From sequence record NC_054908.1: a DNA stretch of 64,000 nucleotides. One strand, written 5' to 3'. The position numbers were made by a program, and so were the translations under genes. Under the pieces are notes generated by a model. It did no database searches, was not told the DNA's origin, and saw only the letters and a list, made by a program, of their open reading frames with translations. Of this stretch, positions 18,831 through 29,231 are shown piece by piece; position 1 is the stretch's first letter; each line of letters begins with the position of its first letter. The DNA is from Escherichia phage vB_EcoM_DalCa.

Positions 18831-20258
18831 CTAAAATTTTAATTCATTTGCCAAAGCATCTAACTGAGCTCGAGTGGATTCATTTCTTTGATAGCGATTC
18901 TGCTCAGCCTGAATCTGTTGTGAACCTGCTACTTCACTCACTTCAGTTGGAGTAGAATCTTGTTCAATTTCTACCCATTTTTGATTTCCTTTTTGAACAC
19001 CCATCAAAAACTTATTCCACTTATTCTTATCACCATATCGTGATTTGATTTGCTTAATAAGTTGTTGTTCAGCAGCTGCTAGCTCCTCGGTTTCAATGAC
19101 CGCAAGCATAAAATCAGCTGTTGCTGGAAGACCAGCAGATTCTGCAATATCGCTCATGTTAACATCGGAAGAGTCCCAAGCTTGTTTACCAACCTGTGCT
19201 GCAGTCCAAAGAACAGTTTCGGTTTCAACAGCCAGAGCACGCAATTCCTCTGCGATAGCTTTAACAGTTGTGTAACTATTTTCTGAATAAACTCTAATAC
19301 GGCAAGATTTACAAATACCTAGATAGTCGACAATAATGATTGTTGGAACAAAATTCTTCTTGAGCTTTAATTCATTTAAAAGTGATCGAAATGTATTAGC
19401 GTCTGCTCCACCAGTAGGATATTGCTTAACGATTAAACGACCAAGGGTAGATTTCTCGCGCCATTTTTCCATTTTTCCTTTATACTCAGCGTAAGAAATA
19501 TGCCCGTCATCAATGTCATCAAGAGAAACATCAAGCATATTAGCATCAATACGCTTAGCACAGACTTCTTCTGCCATTTCCATGGAAATGTAAAGAACAT
19601 TGTGTCCGAGCTGCAAATAATCTGCTGCCAATGAACACAATCCTAATGACTTACCGACGTTAACGCCAGCCATTAAAACGTTCAGTGTTCCAGTCTCAGC
19701 TCCGCCTTTAGTAATTTTGTTTAGAATTCTGAGTTTAAATGGAACCTTACGAGCTTTATTCATATAAGATAGCCAACGTGCTTCGTAGTCATCCATCCAA
19801 TCATGACCAACGTAACTATCAAATGAAATAGATAATGCCTGGCGCATGATGTCAGGAATAGCACCAACATCTGGCATTTTCTTATTTCGTTTTTCCGGAG
19901 GAAGCTCAGCATTAGTTTGAATTTCGATTATTTTAGACGTAGCATTAAACATCGCCCTTTGCTGAACATATTTTTCTGTTTCTTTTATTAACCAACTGTG
20001 GTCTTCCGGAGAATCAGCCAGTTTTGAAATAAGTGTTTTTACACCAGAATATTCTGTTTCAGTAAATGAACTATTTTCTAATGCAACATTTAACGCATTA
20101 ATAGATGGAACGCTATGATACTCATTAACATGAGATTTAATTAATTTGAATGTATTTTTAGCTGGACCACTTTCAAAATATTCTGAATCCATATATGGCC
20201 AAACTTTTGAAAAATAAGCTTGATCAAATATGAGATGAGAAAGAATAATTTCTACCAC
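18831..20258 (-). CDS. 41: replicative DNA helicase gp41 (DnaB-like)
   Basis: 475 aa as T4 gp41; Walker A GVNVGKS. Confidence 0.9.
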   Translation of the reverse strand: MVEIILSHLIFDQAYFSKVWPYMDSEYFESGPAKNTFKLIKSHVNEYHSVPSINALNVALENSSFTETEYSGVKTLISKLADSPEDHSWLIKETEKYVQQRAMFNATSKIIEIQTNAELPPEKRNKKMPDVGAIPDIMRQALSISFDSYVGHDWMDDYEARWLSYMNKARKVPFKLRILNKITKGGAETGTLNVLMAGVNVGKSLGLCSLAADYLQLGHNVLYISMEMAEEVCAKRIDANMLDVSLDDIDDGHISYAEYKGKMEKWREKSTLGRLIVKQYPTGGADANTFRSLLNELKLKKNFVPTIIIVDYLGICKSCRIRVYSENSYTTVKAIAEELRALAVETETVLWTAAQVGKQAWDSSDVNMSDIAESAGLPATADFMLAVIETEELAAAEQQLIKQIKSRYGDKNKWNKFLMGVQKGNQKWVEIEQDSTPTEVSEVAGSQQIQAEQNRYQRNESTRAQLDALANELKF

Positions 20259-20267
20259 ACTTACTCC

Positions 20268-20630
20268 TTAAAAGAATTTAAACTTTTTCTTTGACCTTTT
20301 ATTGAATGCATCTTGCAGTTGCATTGTAATACATTTTTCTACATGAGGAGCTAACTCAGCTTTTCTTTCTTGGTCAAGAACAGCAAAGTCCATTACAACC
20401 TTTCCATCAACCCAATCCAGTTTAGTTACATACACTATATGTGTAGAACCATCTTCTAGTTTAATGACAATCTCCTGGATAACATTTTCCATGGCAGATT
20501 TAATTATCTTAAGAGACTCATTAAAAAGACGTTCTTTTCTTTCTTCTTCCCCCTCCGAAGAGGGGGATTCATCGATAATTTCTAGATCTAAATCTAAATC
20601 ATCTTTATTCATTAAATTCTTCCATATCAC
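20268..20630 (-). CDS. 40: gp40 head vertex assembly chaperone
   Basis: 120 aa ORF between uvsX and 41 as in T4. Confidence 0.65.
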   Translation of the reverse strand: MIWKNLMNKDDLDLDLEIIDESPSSEGEEERKERLFNESLKIIKSAMENVIQEIVIKLEDGSTHIVYVTKLDWVDGKVVMDFAVLDQERKAELAPHVEKCITMQLQDAFNKRSKKKFKFF

Positions 20631-21786
20631 TTAACTGTTCGAGGTCAGTTTCTAAATCAGCAGCTGATTTACTTTTACTTTCTGGAGATTTAAATTTTTC
20701 AACCTTTGAGTTAATCAATTCATCAACTTCAGCTTCAACAATTTCATTACTATCAATAGCACCTAACTGATAAGCACGTTTAATAGCATCTCGGAATGGT
20801 TGATGCTTAAATAAAGGACCCCAGAATGTAGTGCAGTTGGTATCTTTTGCACGCCAAGATTTTTCTTCGCGAATCATCTCGCCGGTTTCTTCATCAAGAA
20901 ATTCACGAGCATACCAACCATTTTTAGGTTTTACCACAAATCCTAATTCTAGAGCCATATCTAACAATCCAGAATAAGGATCGATACCACCGTCAAATTT
21001 AACATCAATAAAGAATTTACTTTTTTCTTTAACGGTACGAGATTTTTCTACATTTAGAACAAATTGATACCCCTGAAGATCAGAACCATCTTTAATCTGA
21101 CGCTTACCGATAATGAATACGGTATCAGCCGAATACATTACGCCTGTACCACCTGTCATCACGGTTTTACTAAACATTTCAATGGTTTCAATTGTATGGT
21201 TAACTGCAACACATGGAATATTTTTAATGCTAAAATAAGGAGTAACAATACGGAATAATGACTTCAGTGATTTAGCACGAGTCATATCTGCCACAGATTT
21301 TTCATTCAAGGCATCTTCAGTTTCTTTCTTAGAAGCCATATTACCAATTGAATCGATGAATACAATAACTTTTTCACCACGCTCAATAGTTTCAAGCTGA
21401 TTCACCATATCAATTTTCAGCTGTTCAACTGACTGGATTGGCGTATGAATTACTCGTTCTGGGTCAACTCCCATAGACTTAAGATAAGCCGGAGTGATAC
21501 CAAACTCTGAGTCATAGAACAAACAGATAGCATCAGGATACTTATTCAAATAAGCTGCTACCATTGTCAGTGACATATTAGATTTAAAATGTTTAGAAGG
21601 CCCTGCGAAAATAGTTAAACCAGACTGCATACCGCCATCAATCGCACCAGAAATAGCAATATTAAGCATTGGAATTTTTGTACGAATTACATCCTTTTCA
21701 TTAAAGAATTTAGATGTAGTCAGTTCAGCAGTCATTTTAGAAGTGGAAGCTTTAATCAAACGGGATTTTAAATCTGCAATAGACAT
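20605..21786 (-). CDS. uvsX: UvsX recombinase (RecA-like)
   Basis: 393 aa; N-terminus closely resembles T4 UvsX; RecA-like P-loop region. Confidence 0.9.
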   Translation of the reverse strand: MSIADLKSRLIKASTSKMTAELTTSKFFNEKDVIRTKIPMLNIAISGAIDGGMQSGLTIFAGPSKHFKSNMSLTMVAAYLNKYPDAICLFYDSEFGITPAYLKSMGVDPERVIHTPIQSVEQLKIDMVNQLETIERGEKVIVFIDSIGNMASKKETEDALNEKSVADMTRAKSLKSLFRIVTPYFSIKNIPCVAVNHTIETIEMFSKTVMTGGTGVMYSADTVFIIGKRQIKDGSDLQGYQFVLNVEKSRTVKEKSKFFIDVKFDGGIDPYSGLLDMALELGFVVKPKNGWYAREFLDEETGEMIREEKSWRAKDTNCTTFWGPLFKHQPFRDAIKRAYQLGAIDSNEIVEAEVDELINSKVEKFKSPESKSKSAADLETDLEQLSDMEEFNE

Positions 21787-21863
21787 TCATTTTTTCCATA
21801 GGCATCATTATATTTTCCTCACTGGTTAAAGATAGAGTAATTATAACACAATAAATTTAGGCA

Positions 21864-22706
21864 TTAATCAACTGCTATTGGATGAATAGCATTAAACTTA
21901 TGAAATGCTTCTGATTTTTCTTTACGCGAAACGCACATGCGAAGAACCTTTAATGGCTCGTCTTCTTCACCCAACGATTTTCGTTTTTCAATATTAGAAG
22001 TTTTCCAACGAGCTTGCTCTGGAAACTCTCTATTGATTTGCTCAAGCGCTCTATTATGTTTAGAATTACTACGAATTGAACTGCACCCTCCAGGAGCTTG
22101 TGCTTTTCCAGATACAACCAGATATTTGAACAAGGCCAAATGCGGATAACCTTGATTAATTAAATTGAGAAATGCATACATATCTTCGCACAAATCAATT
22201 TTTCCATACCCAATTTGTTCTGTCGTAAGTTTTCCAAGGTCATACCATGTATTCGTGAATCCATATGAATTTTCACGATAATTACCCCAAGATGAAGTAA
22301 TTTTAAAAATTGGTAGGCGAGCATGACCGTGATAATACCCACAATCCATGGCATCTTCGACGTATTGAATCAATTCATAGAACTGTTCACGAGTCAATTG
22401 ATTGACTTTATCCACACAACGACGATCATCTCTTTTTCGCATTGAACTCATACGAATAGTAGTATCATCGTCAATCATCCAGATTCGTTGACCTGCATAC
22501 ATATCAGTAATTGCTTTACGAGTACCGGCAATTCCATTAACATCATCAGGAATAGTTACAATTTTAGCTTTAGACCCATAGGCATCATAATAAGCTTTTT
22601 CTTCATGTTCACGTACTACGATATGAGGTTCATAATCAGTCGGAAACATATCAAGGGCAGAAACTGCCCCTACACGTTGATAGCTCGGAATTACGAATTG
22701 AATCAT
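21864..22706 (-). CDS. GT-A-fold glycosyltransferase at the beta-gt locus (possibly beta-glucosyl-HMC-alpha-glucosyltransferase type)
   Basis: 280 aa; N-terminal IPSYQR and DxD-like IDDDTT motifs; not similar to remembered T4 beta-gt (351 aa). Confidence 0.6.
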   Translation of the reverse strand: MIQFVIPSYQRVGAVSALDMFPTDYEPHIVVREHEEKAYYDAYGSKAKIVTIPDDVNGIAGTRKAITDMYAGQRIWMIDDDTTIRMSSMRKRDDRRCVDKVNQLTREQFYELIQYVEDAMDCGYYHGHARLPIFKITSSWGNYRENSYGFTNTWYDLGKLTTEQIGYGKIDLCEDMYAFLNLINQGYPHLALFKYLVVSGKAQAPGGCSSIRSNSKHNRALEQINREFPEQARWKTSNIEKRKSLGEEDEPLKVLRMCVSRKEKSEAFHKFNAIHPIAVD

Positions 22707-23344
22707 TTAAGTGCCTTACATTTATCAAAATGGTATCTTGTCATATTTGGCCCACGTCCTTTTAGTCCGCAATGCGGACATATTTTTTCTATCAAATTAT
22801 GAGGTTTTCCTTTACGATTTTTAGACATCGTTTCTTTAATTATTTTAGCTTTTTCTACGCCAAAAATTTCTTCATAAGTTTTACCAGAATTTTCCTTGGC
22901 TCGATTTATAATTCCATATGCCTGCTCATTTTTACCATACATTGGATTACCTTCGCCTTTCATTCTTTTAGAATGATCAGGACGCTTGATTCCACGAAAG
23001 GCATTTCCGCACTTATATCTTTCTTCTGGAGATAGTTTTTTACCGTACATTCCATTTAATTTGCCTGGAAAACTTCCTCCCCATGCTTCATTCTTTAAAT
23101 TATATGAATCCGGACAATTAGCAGCATCTAAACAAGTTAAAATAATTTCTTCAACCTGTCTAAACATTGGTCCTTCATATAATATTTCTTTATTAAAGGA
23201 TTTTATTCCATATTTCTTTTTAACATGTTGCCAAACTACACCCGAACCATCATAATTCGGGTTGTGACCATCATGACTTCCTATATACCACTTTTTAGTT
23301 TTAGGATGTTTATACTTATAAACATGCGGCACATTTACTTCCAT
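22703..23344 (-). CDS. GIY-YIG homing endonuclease (Seg-like)
   Basis: 213 aa; N-terminal VYKYKHPKTKKWYIGS GIY-YIG-like motif; NUMOD-like repeats GKKLSPEERYK, GNPMYGK, GKPHN; C-terminal CPHCG. Confidence 0.75.
   Translation of the reverse strand: MEVNVPHVYKYKHPKTKKWYIGSHDGHNPNYDGSGVVWQHVKKKYGIKSFNKEILYEGPMFRQVEEIILTCLDAANCPDSYNLKNEAWGGSFPGKLNGMYGKKLSPEERYKCGNAFRGIKRPDHSKRMKGEGNPMYGKNEQAYGIINRAKENSGKTYEEIFGVEKAKIIKETMSKNRKGKPHNLIEKICPHCGLKGRGPNMTRYHFDKCKALK
22703..23344 (-). mobile_element. free-standing homing endonuclease gene inserted between glycosyltransferase gene and gene 42
   Basis: HEG overlaps the upstream gene by 4 nt and gene 42 by 10 nt; no ORF lies here in T4 gene order. Confidence 0.65.
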
Positions 23345-24075
23345 TTTCCAGTATAATCCTTTTTAGCAATATGAGTCTCACCGGTGTTCCACCAATGGTC
23401 AACTAAATAAAACTGATTTTCGTACACATGAAGACTTCCAACGTTCCATATAATAGAACCTGCTTTATATTGCCGCGATGGGTCGCCTGCATTCAAATCA
23501 GATACTAATTTATCTAGTACGTATTTTTGCCAAGCATAATCATTACGATAGCCTGCCCAGCAATCATTGCTTCTCATGCTAACAACCGCATTGACTTTCT
23601 TATCACGAATCAGGTACTGTACTGTATTAGTACACATGAAATCTGACATACCATCTTTATTGTAGTCAAATTGCATGGATGGACGAGTATAAATCATGAT
23701 ACCACGTCGAGAATCAGGATTTTGACCAAGTTCAGCTAAACACATATCATACTGGGCATAGTTATCTTCTGACCAAATAGCCCAACCATAATTCGAGTTA
23801 ATTTCGCCTTTAGAAGATGCTACCTGCTGCCAAATCTTTGGTGTTTCACCTGGAATATCTTTAACAAACAAACTCTTAGATTTATACCATTCAAGTTCAC
23901 GCTGAATGTATTCATCATTAAGAGCGCCAAAAATAAACGGTTCATCTGCTACAAATGATGCGCCAATAATTTCAATAGTTTTAACACCGGTTTTATCAAC
24001 TACGAAATCTTTTTCTTTTAATGCAAGCCCCAAATGAAGACGGATTTCTTCAACTGTCATAGAGTCACTAATCAT
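23335..24075 (-). CDS. 42: dCMP hydroxymethylase gp42
   Basis: 246 aa as T4 gp42; thymidylate-synthase-like fold expected. Confidence 0.9.
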   Translation of the reverse strand: MISDSMTVEEIRLHLGLALKEKDFVVDKTGVKTIEIIGASFVADEPFIFGALNDEYIQRELEWYKSKSLFVKDIPGETPKIWQQVASSKGEINSNYGWAIWSEDNYAQYDMCLAELGQNPDSRRGIMIYTRPSMQFDYNKDGMSDFMCTNTVQYLIRDKKVNAVVSMRSNDCWAGYRNDYAWQKYVLDKLVSDLNAGDPSRQYKAGSIIWNVGSLHVYENQFYLVDHWWNTGETHIAKKDYTGKWK

Positions 24076-24082
24076 TTAAACC

Positions 24083-24232
24083 TCAATTGATACATTCATA
24101 TTTAACTTGTAACAGTAATAAACCCCACCCTATGATAAGAGTTGGAATCATAAGAGGAACCGTTACACTATAGTATATACTTATTATAATCATCAAGATT
24201 AAAAGCAACACTGCTATAATTTTGCTTTTCAT
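24083..24232 (-). CDS. small hydrophobic protein
   Basis: 49 aa ORF (MKSKIIAVLLLILMIIISIYY...), codon-checked; ATG overlaps imm stop as ATGA. Confidence 0.4.
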   Translation of the reverse strand: MKSKIIAVLLLILMIIISIYYSVTVPLMIPTLIIGWGLLLLQVKYECIN

Positions 24233-24480
24233 TCCTTCTCTCTGATGATAATTACCTGATTTGGCTGTGCAGACTTTTTAGTTTCACCCGCAATTGACCA
24301 AATAAATGTAATAAACCAACCAATAATTGACCAGTTAAACAGCAAAGATGTGAAAAAGATTCCTACTGTCGATTTTGACCCACGCATCAAGGCGATAAAC
24401 CATGGAAGCATGTATATAATAATAGCCAACACACCTGAAACTAAAACCATAAAAATTGAACCTGCTACTAAAGTTTCCAT
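24229..24480 (-). CDS. imm: Imm, immunity to superinfection membrane protein
   Basis: 83 aa as T4 Imm; two hydrophobic helices; position next to gene 42. Confidence 0.75.
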   Translation of the reverse strand: METLVAGSIFMVLVSGVLAIIIYMLPWFIALMRGSKSTVGIFFTSLLFNWSIIGWFITFIWSIAGETKKSAQPNQVIIIREKE

Positions 24481-24487
24481 GTTTTCC

Positions 24488-24868
24488 TCACTTAGTCAAA
24501 TTTTTTACACATGAATTATAAGAATTCACTACATACTCCATCGGAGCATTTTTACCTGTACGCCATTGGTAATTATTAGCCCAATTAGCCCAAAGCTCGG
24601 CGCAGTAGTTTTCAATTTTTTCTTCGCGTGTAATTACATCCGAATTACGATATGCTTGAGCAGATTCATCTGGACGAATAGCTTCGTCAAAATTCGCCTG
24701 CATTTGTTCTACTGTCTGTTTTGGAGCTTCTTTATAACACTTGACATTAGGATTATAAAACTTGCTTGAACAGTTTACAATTTTTCCTACATCAGACTGA
24801 TTTACTACCGGTCCTTGAGCTACACAACCAGTAAGACCTAATGCAATAACCAAAATAGCGATTTTCAT
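24488..24868 (-). CDS. putative lipoprotein
   Basis: 126 aa; signal peptide with LTGC lipobox. Confidence 0.5.
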   Translation of the reverse strand: MKIAILVIALGLTGCVAQGPVVNQSDVGKIVNCSSKFYNPNVKCYKEAPKQTVEQMQANFDEAIRPDESAQAYRNSDVITREEKIENYCAELWANWANNYQWRTGKNAPMEYVVNSYNSCVKNLTK

Positions 24869-24878
24869 AATAATTTCC

Positions 24879-25127
24879 TCAAATACAAGTAGTAATTACT
24901 CCAGTAGTGCTTACACAGATATTACCTAATTGAACACCCAGCGTTCCATTAGTATTCATATGAAGATTATCATCAATTTTTGTTGATACTTTACCATTCA
25001 TGTGAATAACAGTATTAGATTCAATCACATTCTGAGTATCATTTTCAACACTAACAAATGGAACTGCTGCTAATGCAACTAAACAAACTGCTAAGCATCC
25101 CATAACAATTTTCATTTTATTCTCCAA
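24879..25127 (-). CDS. secreted/periplasmic small protein
   Basis: 82 aa; N-terminal signal peptide. Confidence 0.5.
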   Translation of the reverse strand: MENKMKIVMGCLAVCLVALAAVPFVSVENDTQNVIESNTVIHMNGKVSTKIDDNLHMNTNGTLGVQLGNICVSTTGVITTCI

Positions 25128-25153
25128 ATCCGTATCAGTAGTTGATAGTTGTA

Positions 25154-25182
25154 TAGTACCATGGAAGAACAGTCTTGTAAAC
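25154..25182 (-). promoter_or_regulatory. T4-type early promoter
   Basis: minus strand GTTTAC, 17 nt, TACTAT; part of repeated module. Confidence 0.55.
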
Positions 25183-25269
25183 AGTTTTGTGAAAATTTTT
25201 TAGGGAATTCTAAAGGTCCAGAACCATCTGTTTTTCATAAGTATAGATTTATATTACTTGTATGAAAAA

Positions 25270-25285
25270 GGGACCCGGAGGTCCC
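25270..25285 (-). terminator. stem-loop downstream of gene 43
   Basis: gggacccggaggtccc, 6 bp GC stem. Confidence 0.55.
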
Positions 25286-25298
25286 TAGATTTATTCTA

Positions 25299-27995
25299 TC
25301 AGCCAAACAGGAAGTCTAACGAAGCTTTTTCTTCATAGTCCATACCTGCCGATTCACACATACCCGCAAGCGGTTTAACAAACGATTTTTGGAACAAAGT
25401 TGAGTAGTCAATCCAAGATAGTACATCAGAACGAATTTCTTTTGGAAGTTCTGTACCTGATGGCCAAGCAATGCACTTGTCACCAAATGGATTTCCTTCA
25501 CGCAATGGAAGGACCATTACTTTATTTCCATCCAAAATTGGAGCTACACCCAGACCACTAACAGCTCGACGATAAGTTAGCACACCACGAATATGGAACG
25601 GACATTTAAATCCTGGCCAACCTTTATCATCATATTTCGCTATATCGTTCGCAGTTTTTACTTCAGCAATAACTTTATAGTCAAGTTGACGATATTCTTT
25701 CTCGAAGTTCTTGTAATATTCTTGGACAGACTCTTCACCTTCCTGAAGAATACGACGAATACTTTCTTCGAGAGCTTCTTGGACCGCTTTAGGCGTTGAA
25801 CTCTGCTGAGTTTCCATACCCATGATTTTTAGATGTGGTTCAGCAAATCGCTTATCTTCCATATCATAAACGTTCAGAGCATAACGCTTTTTCGCTTTCC
25901 AAAATCCACCAACGCCCTTTGAACCAAGTGGAGGGCAAGAAATAGCTTCACGGTCCATATGCATCAGATGCTCGCGGTTATTCATATAATCACATAACTC
26001 ACGATATGCAACATCAATCATAGGTTCCATCTTTTTCTTACCGAACTGATTCATGAATTCAACTAAATCGTTCTGCTCTTTGAATCGGTCAAGACCAACT
26101 TTTTCAATAACTTTATCTACACAAACATATACCGAATCAGTATCACCTGCTGCGATGAAATCTTCACCATTAGTTCCGCACACTTTATTCAGATACTCAT
26201 TAATTTTACGAGCAATCCACTGAATACCAACTTGACCAAAAATTGTGATAGCAGTAGCATTTCGCAAATCATAGTAACGGAAATGAATATTACCAAGAGC
26301 ACCGTAAAGGCTGTTAATAAGAATTTTACGGTTCAGCTGATTTGTATTAGCAAGTGTAGCCGCTTTTTCACATTCCTCAATCAGACTATTGAGAACAGAT
26401 TCAGTATAATTCGATAGTTCATTTAAGAAATCATCACTGAACTTAACATATCGTTCAACTTCAGGTTTAGTTGAACAAGACCCTGCGCCTTTCATAATAA
26501 TCTTTTTAATAGCTTCGGCATTCATTTCTTCAGCGAACATTTTCTTTTTCCAATCTTTACGCTGGAAAAATACTTTAGCGATTTCCTTTGGAATGATACC
26601 TTCTTGATGCTTATCATACATCCATCCATTCGGAGAACAAGAATATTCATCACTCGGTTTAGGAGCTGTTCCTGCGATATATTCATGAATTGGATGAACT
26701 TTAAACTGACCACGAATAGTCTCAGGACTAATGTTAACCTGACGAATAATGCTAGGATACAGAGACGTCAAGTCAAAACTCATAATATATCGACGAGCAA
26801 TTGGTTTAGGTTCAAATACAAATGCACCTGGAAAACTTTGTTTAACGTGCGAACCTTGTTGAGGAATAACCTTATGTTCACCTTTCAATGAGTTAAAAAT
26901 AATAGCATCCCAGGTTTTAATAGGACTCATTACACCAGAAAAAGGCATTTTAGCGTAATAAGACATACTTAAAACTAGATCGATAAACCCGCGAATTTTA
27001 TCAATTGCTTGAACTGATTCTACGTCAATGATGTTATAACTAATATATCGTTGATGATTAGTCTCACGAAGTTTATTAATAGGACCATCGTACGGCAATT
27101 TACCTTTTTTGGTTTCGTGCTGAGCAACTGATTCCAAAGAGAATGATGGCAAATTAGTAAATGCGAATTTTTTGTACAAATCTAAATAATCAAGAATAGA
27201 TACGCCATCAATCGAATAAATTTCTTTGCTACCGTACATATTTTGAATTAGTTTAGATTTTACTCGACCGATTGGAGAGAAGCGTTTCATACTACGTTCA
27301 CCAAGAACCATTTTAACACGATTCATGATATACGGAACGTCAAATCCCTCAATATTCCAACCAGTAAAAATAGCAGGTCGTTTCTGTTCCCAGAGATTAA
27401 TATATTCCATGAGCATATCACGCTCATTATCAAATGGCATATAAATTACTCGGTCAAGAATTTCTTGAGGAACTTCATCACCACCTTCACAGTCAAGTTT
27501 AGCAGCTAACTTTGCATCCCATTTTGATACTGAACCGTACATTGAATTCAACAAATCAAAGACGTAAAAACGATCGTCAATTGAATCATAATGAGTGATA
27601 GCATCAATTTCATATTCCGCTTTCATTGGGTCAGGAAATTTATCGCCAGTAACCTCAATGTCACAGTTAGCTACACGAACAAATTTTCGGTCATAAACAA
27701 TTTCTGAACCATATGTATCACTGATATAAGCGAGTTTAAAATCGTTCATACCGAGAGCTTCGAGACCGATGTCTTCCATTCGTTTCATCCAATCTCGAGC
27801 ATCTTTCATTGATGGAAATTTTTGAGGAGCGCAGTTTTTACCATAAATGTCTTTGTACTTTGACTCTTCCTTACAATGTCTAAACATAGTTGGAAGATAT
27901 TCTACTTCACGAGTACGTTCCTTTCCGTTTTCATCAATATAACGTTCAACAATGTTATTTCCGACTGTTTCAATAGAGATATAAAATTCTTTCAT
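25299..27995 (-). CDS. 43: DNA polymerase gp43 (family B)
   Basis: 898 aa as T4 gp43; family B motifs (DxxSLYPS-like, YGDTDS). Confidence 0.95.
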   Translation of the reverse strand: MKEFYISIETVGNNIVERYIDENGKERTREVEYLPTMFRHCKEESKYKDIYGKNCAPQKFPSMKDARDWMKRMEDIGLEALGMNDFKLAYISDTYGSEIVYDRKFVRVANCDIEVTGDKFPDPMKAEYEIDAITHYDSIDDRFYVFDLLNSMYGSVSKWDAKLAAKLDCEGGDEVPQEILDRVIYMPFDNERDMLMEYINLWEQKRPAIFTGWNIEGFDVPYIMNRVKMVLGERSMKRFSPIGRVKSKLIQNMYGSKEIYSIDGVSILDYLDLYKKFAFTNLPSFSLESVAQHETKKGKLPYDGPINKLRETNHQRYISYNIIDVESVQAIDKIRGFIDLVLSMSYYAKMPFSGVMSPIKTWDAIIFNSLKGEHKVIPQQGSHVKQSFPGAFVFEPKPIARRYIMSFDLTSLYPSIIRQVNISPETIRGQFKVHPIHEYIAGTAPKPSDEYSCSPNGWMYDKHQEGIIPKEIAKVFFQRKDWKKKMFAEEMNAEAIKKIIMKGAGSCSTKPEVERYVKFSDDFLNELSNYTESVLNSLIEECEKAATLANTNQLNRKILINSLYGALGNIHFRYYDLRNATAITIFGQVGIQWIARKINEYLNKVCGTNGEDFIAAGDTDSVYVCVDKVIEKVGLDRFKEQNDLVEFMNQFGKKKMEPMIDVAYRELCDYMNNREHLMHMDREAISCPPLGSKGVGGFWKAKKRYALNVYDMEDKRFAEPHLKIMGMETQQSSTPKAVQEALEESIRRILQEGEESVQEYYKNFEKEYRQLDYKVIAEVKTANDIAKYDDKGWPGFKCPFHIRGVLTYRRAVSGLGVAPILDGNKVMVLPLREGNPFGDKCIAWPSGTELPKEIRSDVLSWIDYSTLFQKSFVKPLAGMCESAGMDYEEKASLDFLFG

Positions 27996-28055
27996 AGATA
28001 TTCCTTAGTTTATAGCCCGAGTTATTAGGCTCTTGATATATTATACTCCAAATAA

Positions 28056-28069
28056 GGGGCCGAAGCCCC
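28056..28069 (-). terminator. stem-loop between regA-side ORF and gene 43
   Basis: ggggccgaagcccc; UUCG loop on transcript. Confidence 0.55.
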
Positions 28070-28073
28070 TTGC

Positions 28074-28337
28074 TTAAATTAGTACTATTTGCCGGGTGAA
28101 AATTGTCAATCCATCTGCATTAATTGACTTAACGACTGCAGTAAAATGTTTTTGTTCTGGGTGAACTAATTTTTGAAATTCTACCTGAAATTTTAATTGG
28201 AGGTTTTCTGGTAAATCAAAAAGTGTTTCTGTTGCAGAAAGATTATATTTTTCTTTAAGAGACGCCATGTATTCTTGCGGAGTTATAGCAGTCATATTAA
28301 TTACCAATCGTATATTTAGGAACGAGTTTCCATTCAT
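28074..28337 (-). CDS. hypothetical protein
   Basis: 87 aa ORF overlapping regA 3' end by 41 nt; real start may be internal Met. Confidence 0.4.
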   Translation of the reverse strand: MNGNSFLNIRLVINMTAITPQEYMASLKEKYNLSATETLFDLPENLQLKFQVEFQKLVHPEQKHFTAVVKSINADGLTIFTRQIVLI

Positions 28338-28665
28338 GTTTTTGTTTAAAAGAAATAACTCGGAAGTTATTAGTTAAATCTTTCATAAAAGTTCTTTGAC
28401 CAGGAACGATTTCAATCAGTCCCCAATCTTCTAACAGCCATGCAATCGAATCACGACGAACTTCATCTTCTTCTGTCATTTCAACTTGACGGCCATCCAT
28501 ACGAAGCATTTCTTTAAAATGAACGATATAGTATAGTCCTTTTTTCTGAAGAATATGACAGGACTGATACAGAACTTTATCTTTATTATTAGCAATTCCC
28601 ATACGAGTCAAAGTTTCTTTTACTTTCAGAAAATCTTCAGGTTTTTTAAGAGTAATTTCAATCAT
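28297..28665 (-). CDS. regA: RegA translational repressor
   Basis: 122 aa as T4 RegA; position between 43 and 62. Confidence 0.8.
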   Translation of the reverse strand: MIEITLKKPEDFLKVKETLTRMGIANNKDKVLYQSCHILQKKGLYYIVHFKEMLRMDGRQVEMTEEDEVRRDSIAWLLEDWGLIEIVPGQRTFMKDLTNNFRVISFKQKHEWKLVPKYTIGN

Positions 28666-28666
28666 T

Positions 28667-29230
28667 TTACCATTCCAATGCTAGTTTTTTGAGTTGTTTC
28701 TGTTCTTTTACGTTCTTAGTCACTTCTTTCAAAAAATCATCCGTGACTAATCCTTTAAGTTCTTTTAATACTAAAGGTAGTTTTCCATTTTTAGTAAGAA
28801 TTGATTTATAGTTAATTGCATCATTTGTATTAACTTGATAACGCTTAGCAAGTAACTTAATAATCAATACTTCGGTGGAATCTTCAACTAGTTTTGCCCA
28901 TTTACCATATCTTTTACCACGAGGAACTGCAGCCATTAGATAATTAAAATGGGCTTCATCACTTAAGCCTGATCCAATTAAATTCATAGCATATACAGCT
29001 GGCATGCACTCTGGAAATTGTGATAATGCATTTTCAACCATGAATTTTGAATAATCTTTTTGAGCAATAGAGCATTTAGTTTTATTATTAATAGCTCCAA
29101 TTATTTCAAAAAACTCATTTTCAGCTTTTTCTTTAAAAGAATCAGCAGCGGATTGGACAGCTGTCCAATCTTTTGAATACCAAGCAACTTGATGCTCGTT
29201 TAATTGAATATCATCTTCAAATAAGCTCAT
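28667..29230 (-). CDS. 62: clamp loader small subunit gp62
   Basis: 187 aa from internal Met, matching T4 gp62; ORF-track start 29251 would overlap gp44. Confidence 0.8.
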   Translation of the reverse strand: MSLFEDDIQLNEHQVAWYSKDWTAVQSAADSFKEKAENEFFEIIGAINNKTKCSIAQKDYSKFMVENALSQFPECMPAVYAMNLIGSGLSDEAHFNYLMAAVPRGKRYGKWAKLVEDSTEVLIIKLLAKRYQVNTNDAINYKSILTKNGKLPLVLKELKGLVTDDFLKEVTKNVKEQKQLKKLALEW

Positions 29231-29231
29231 A

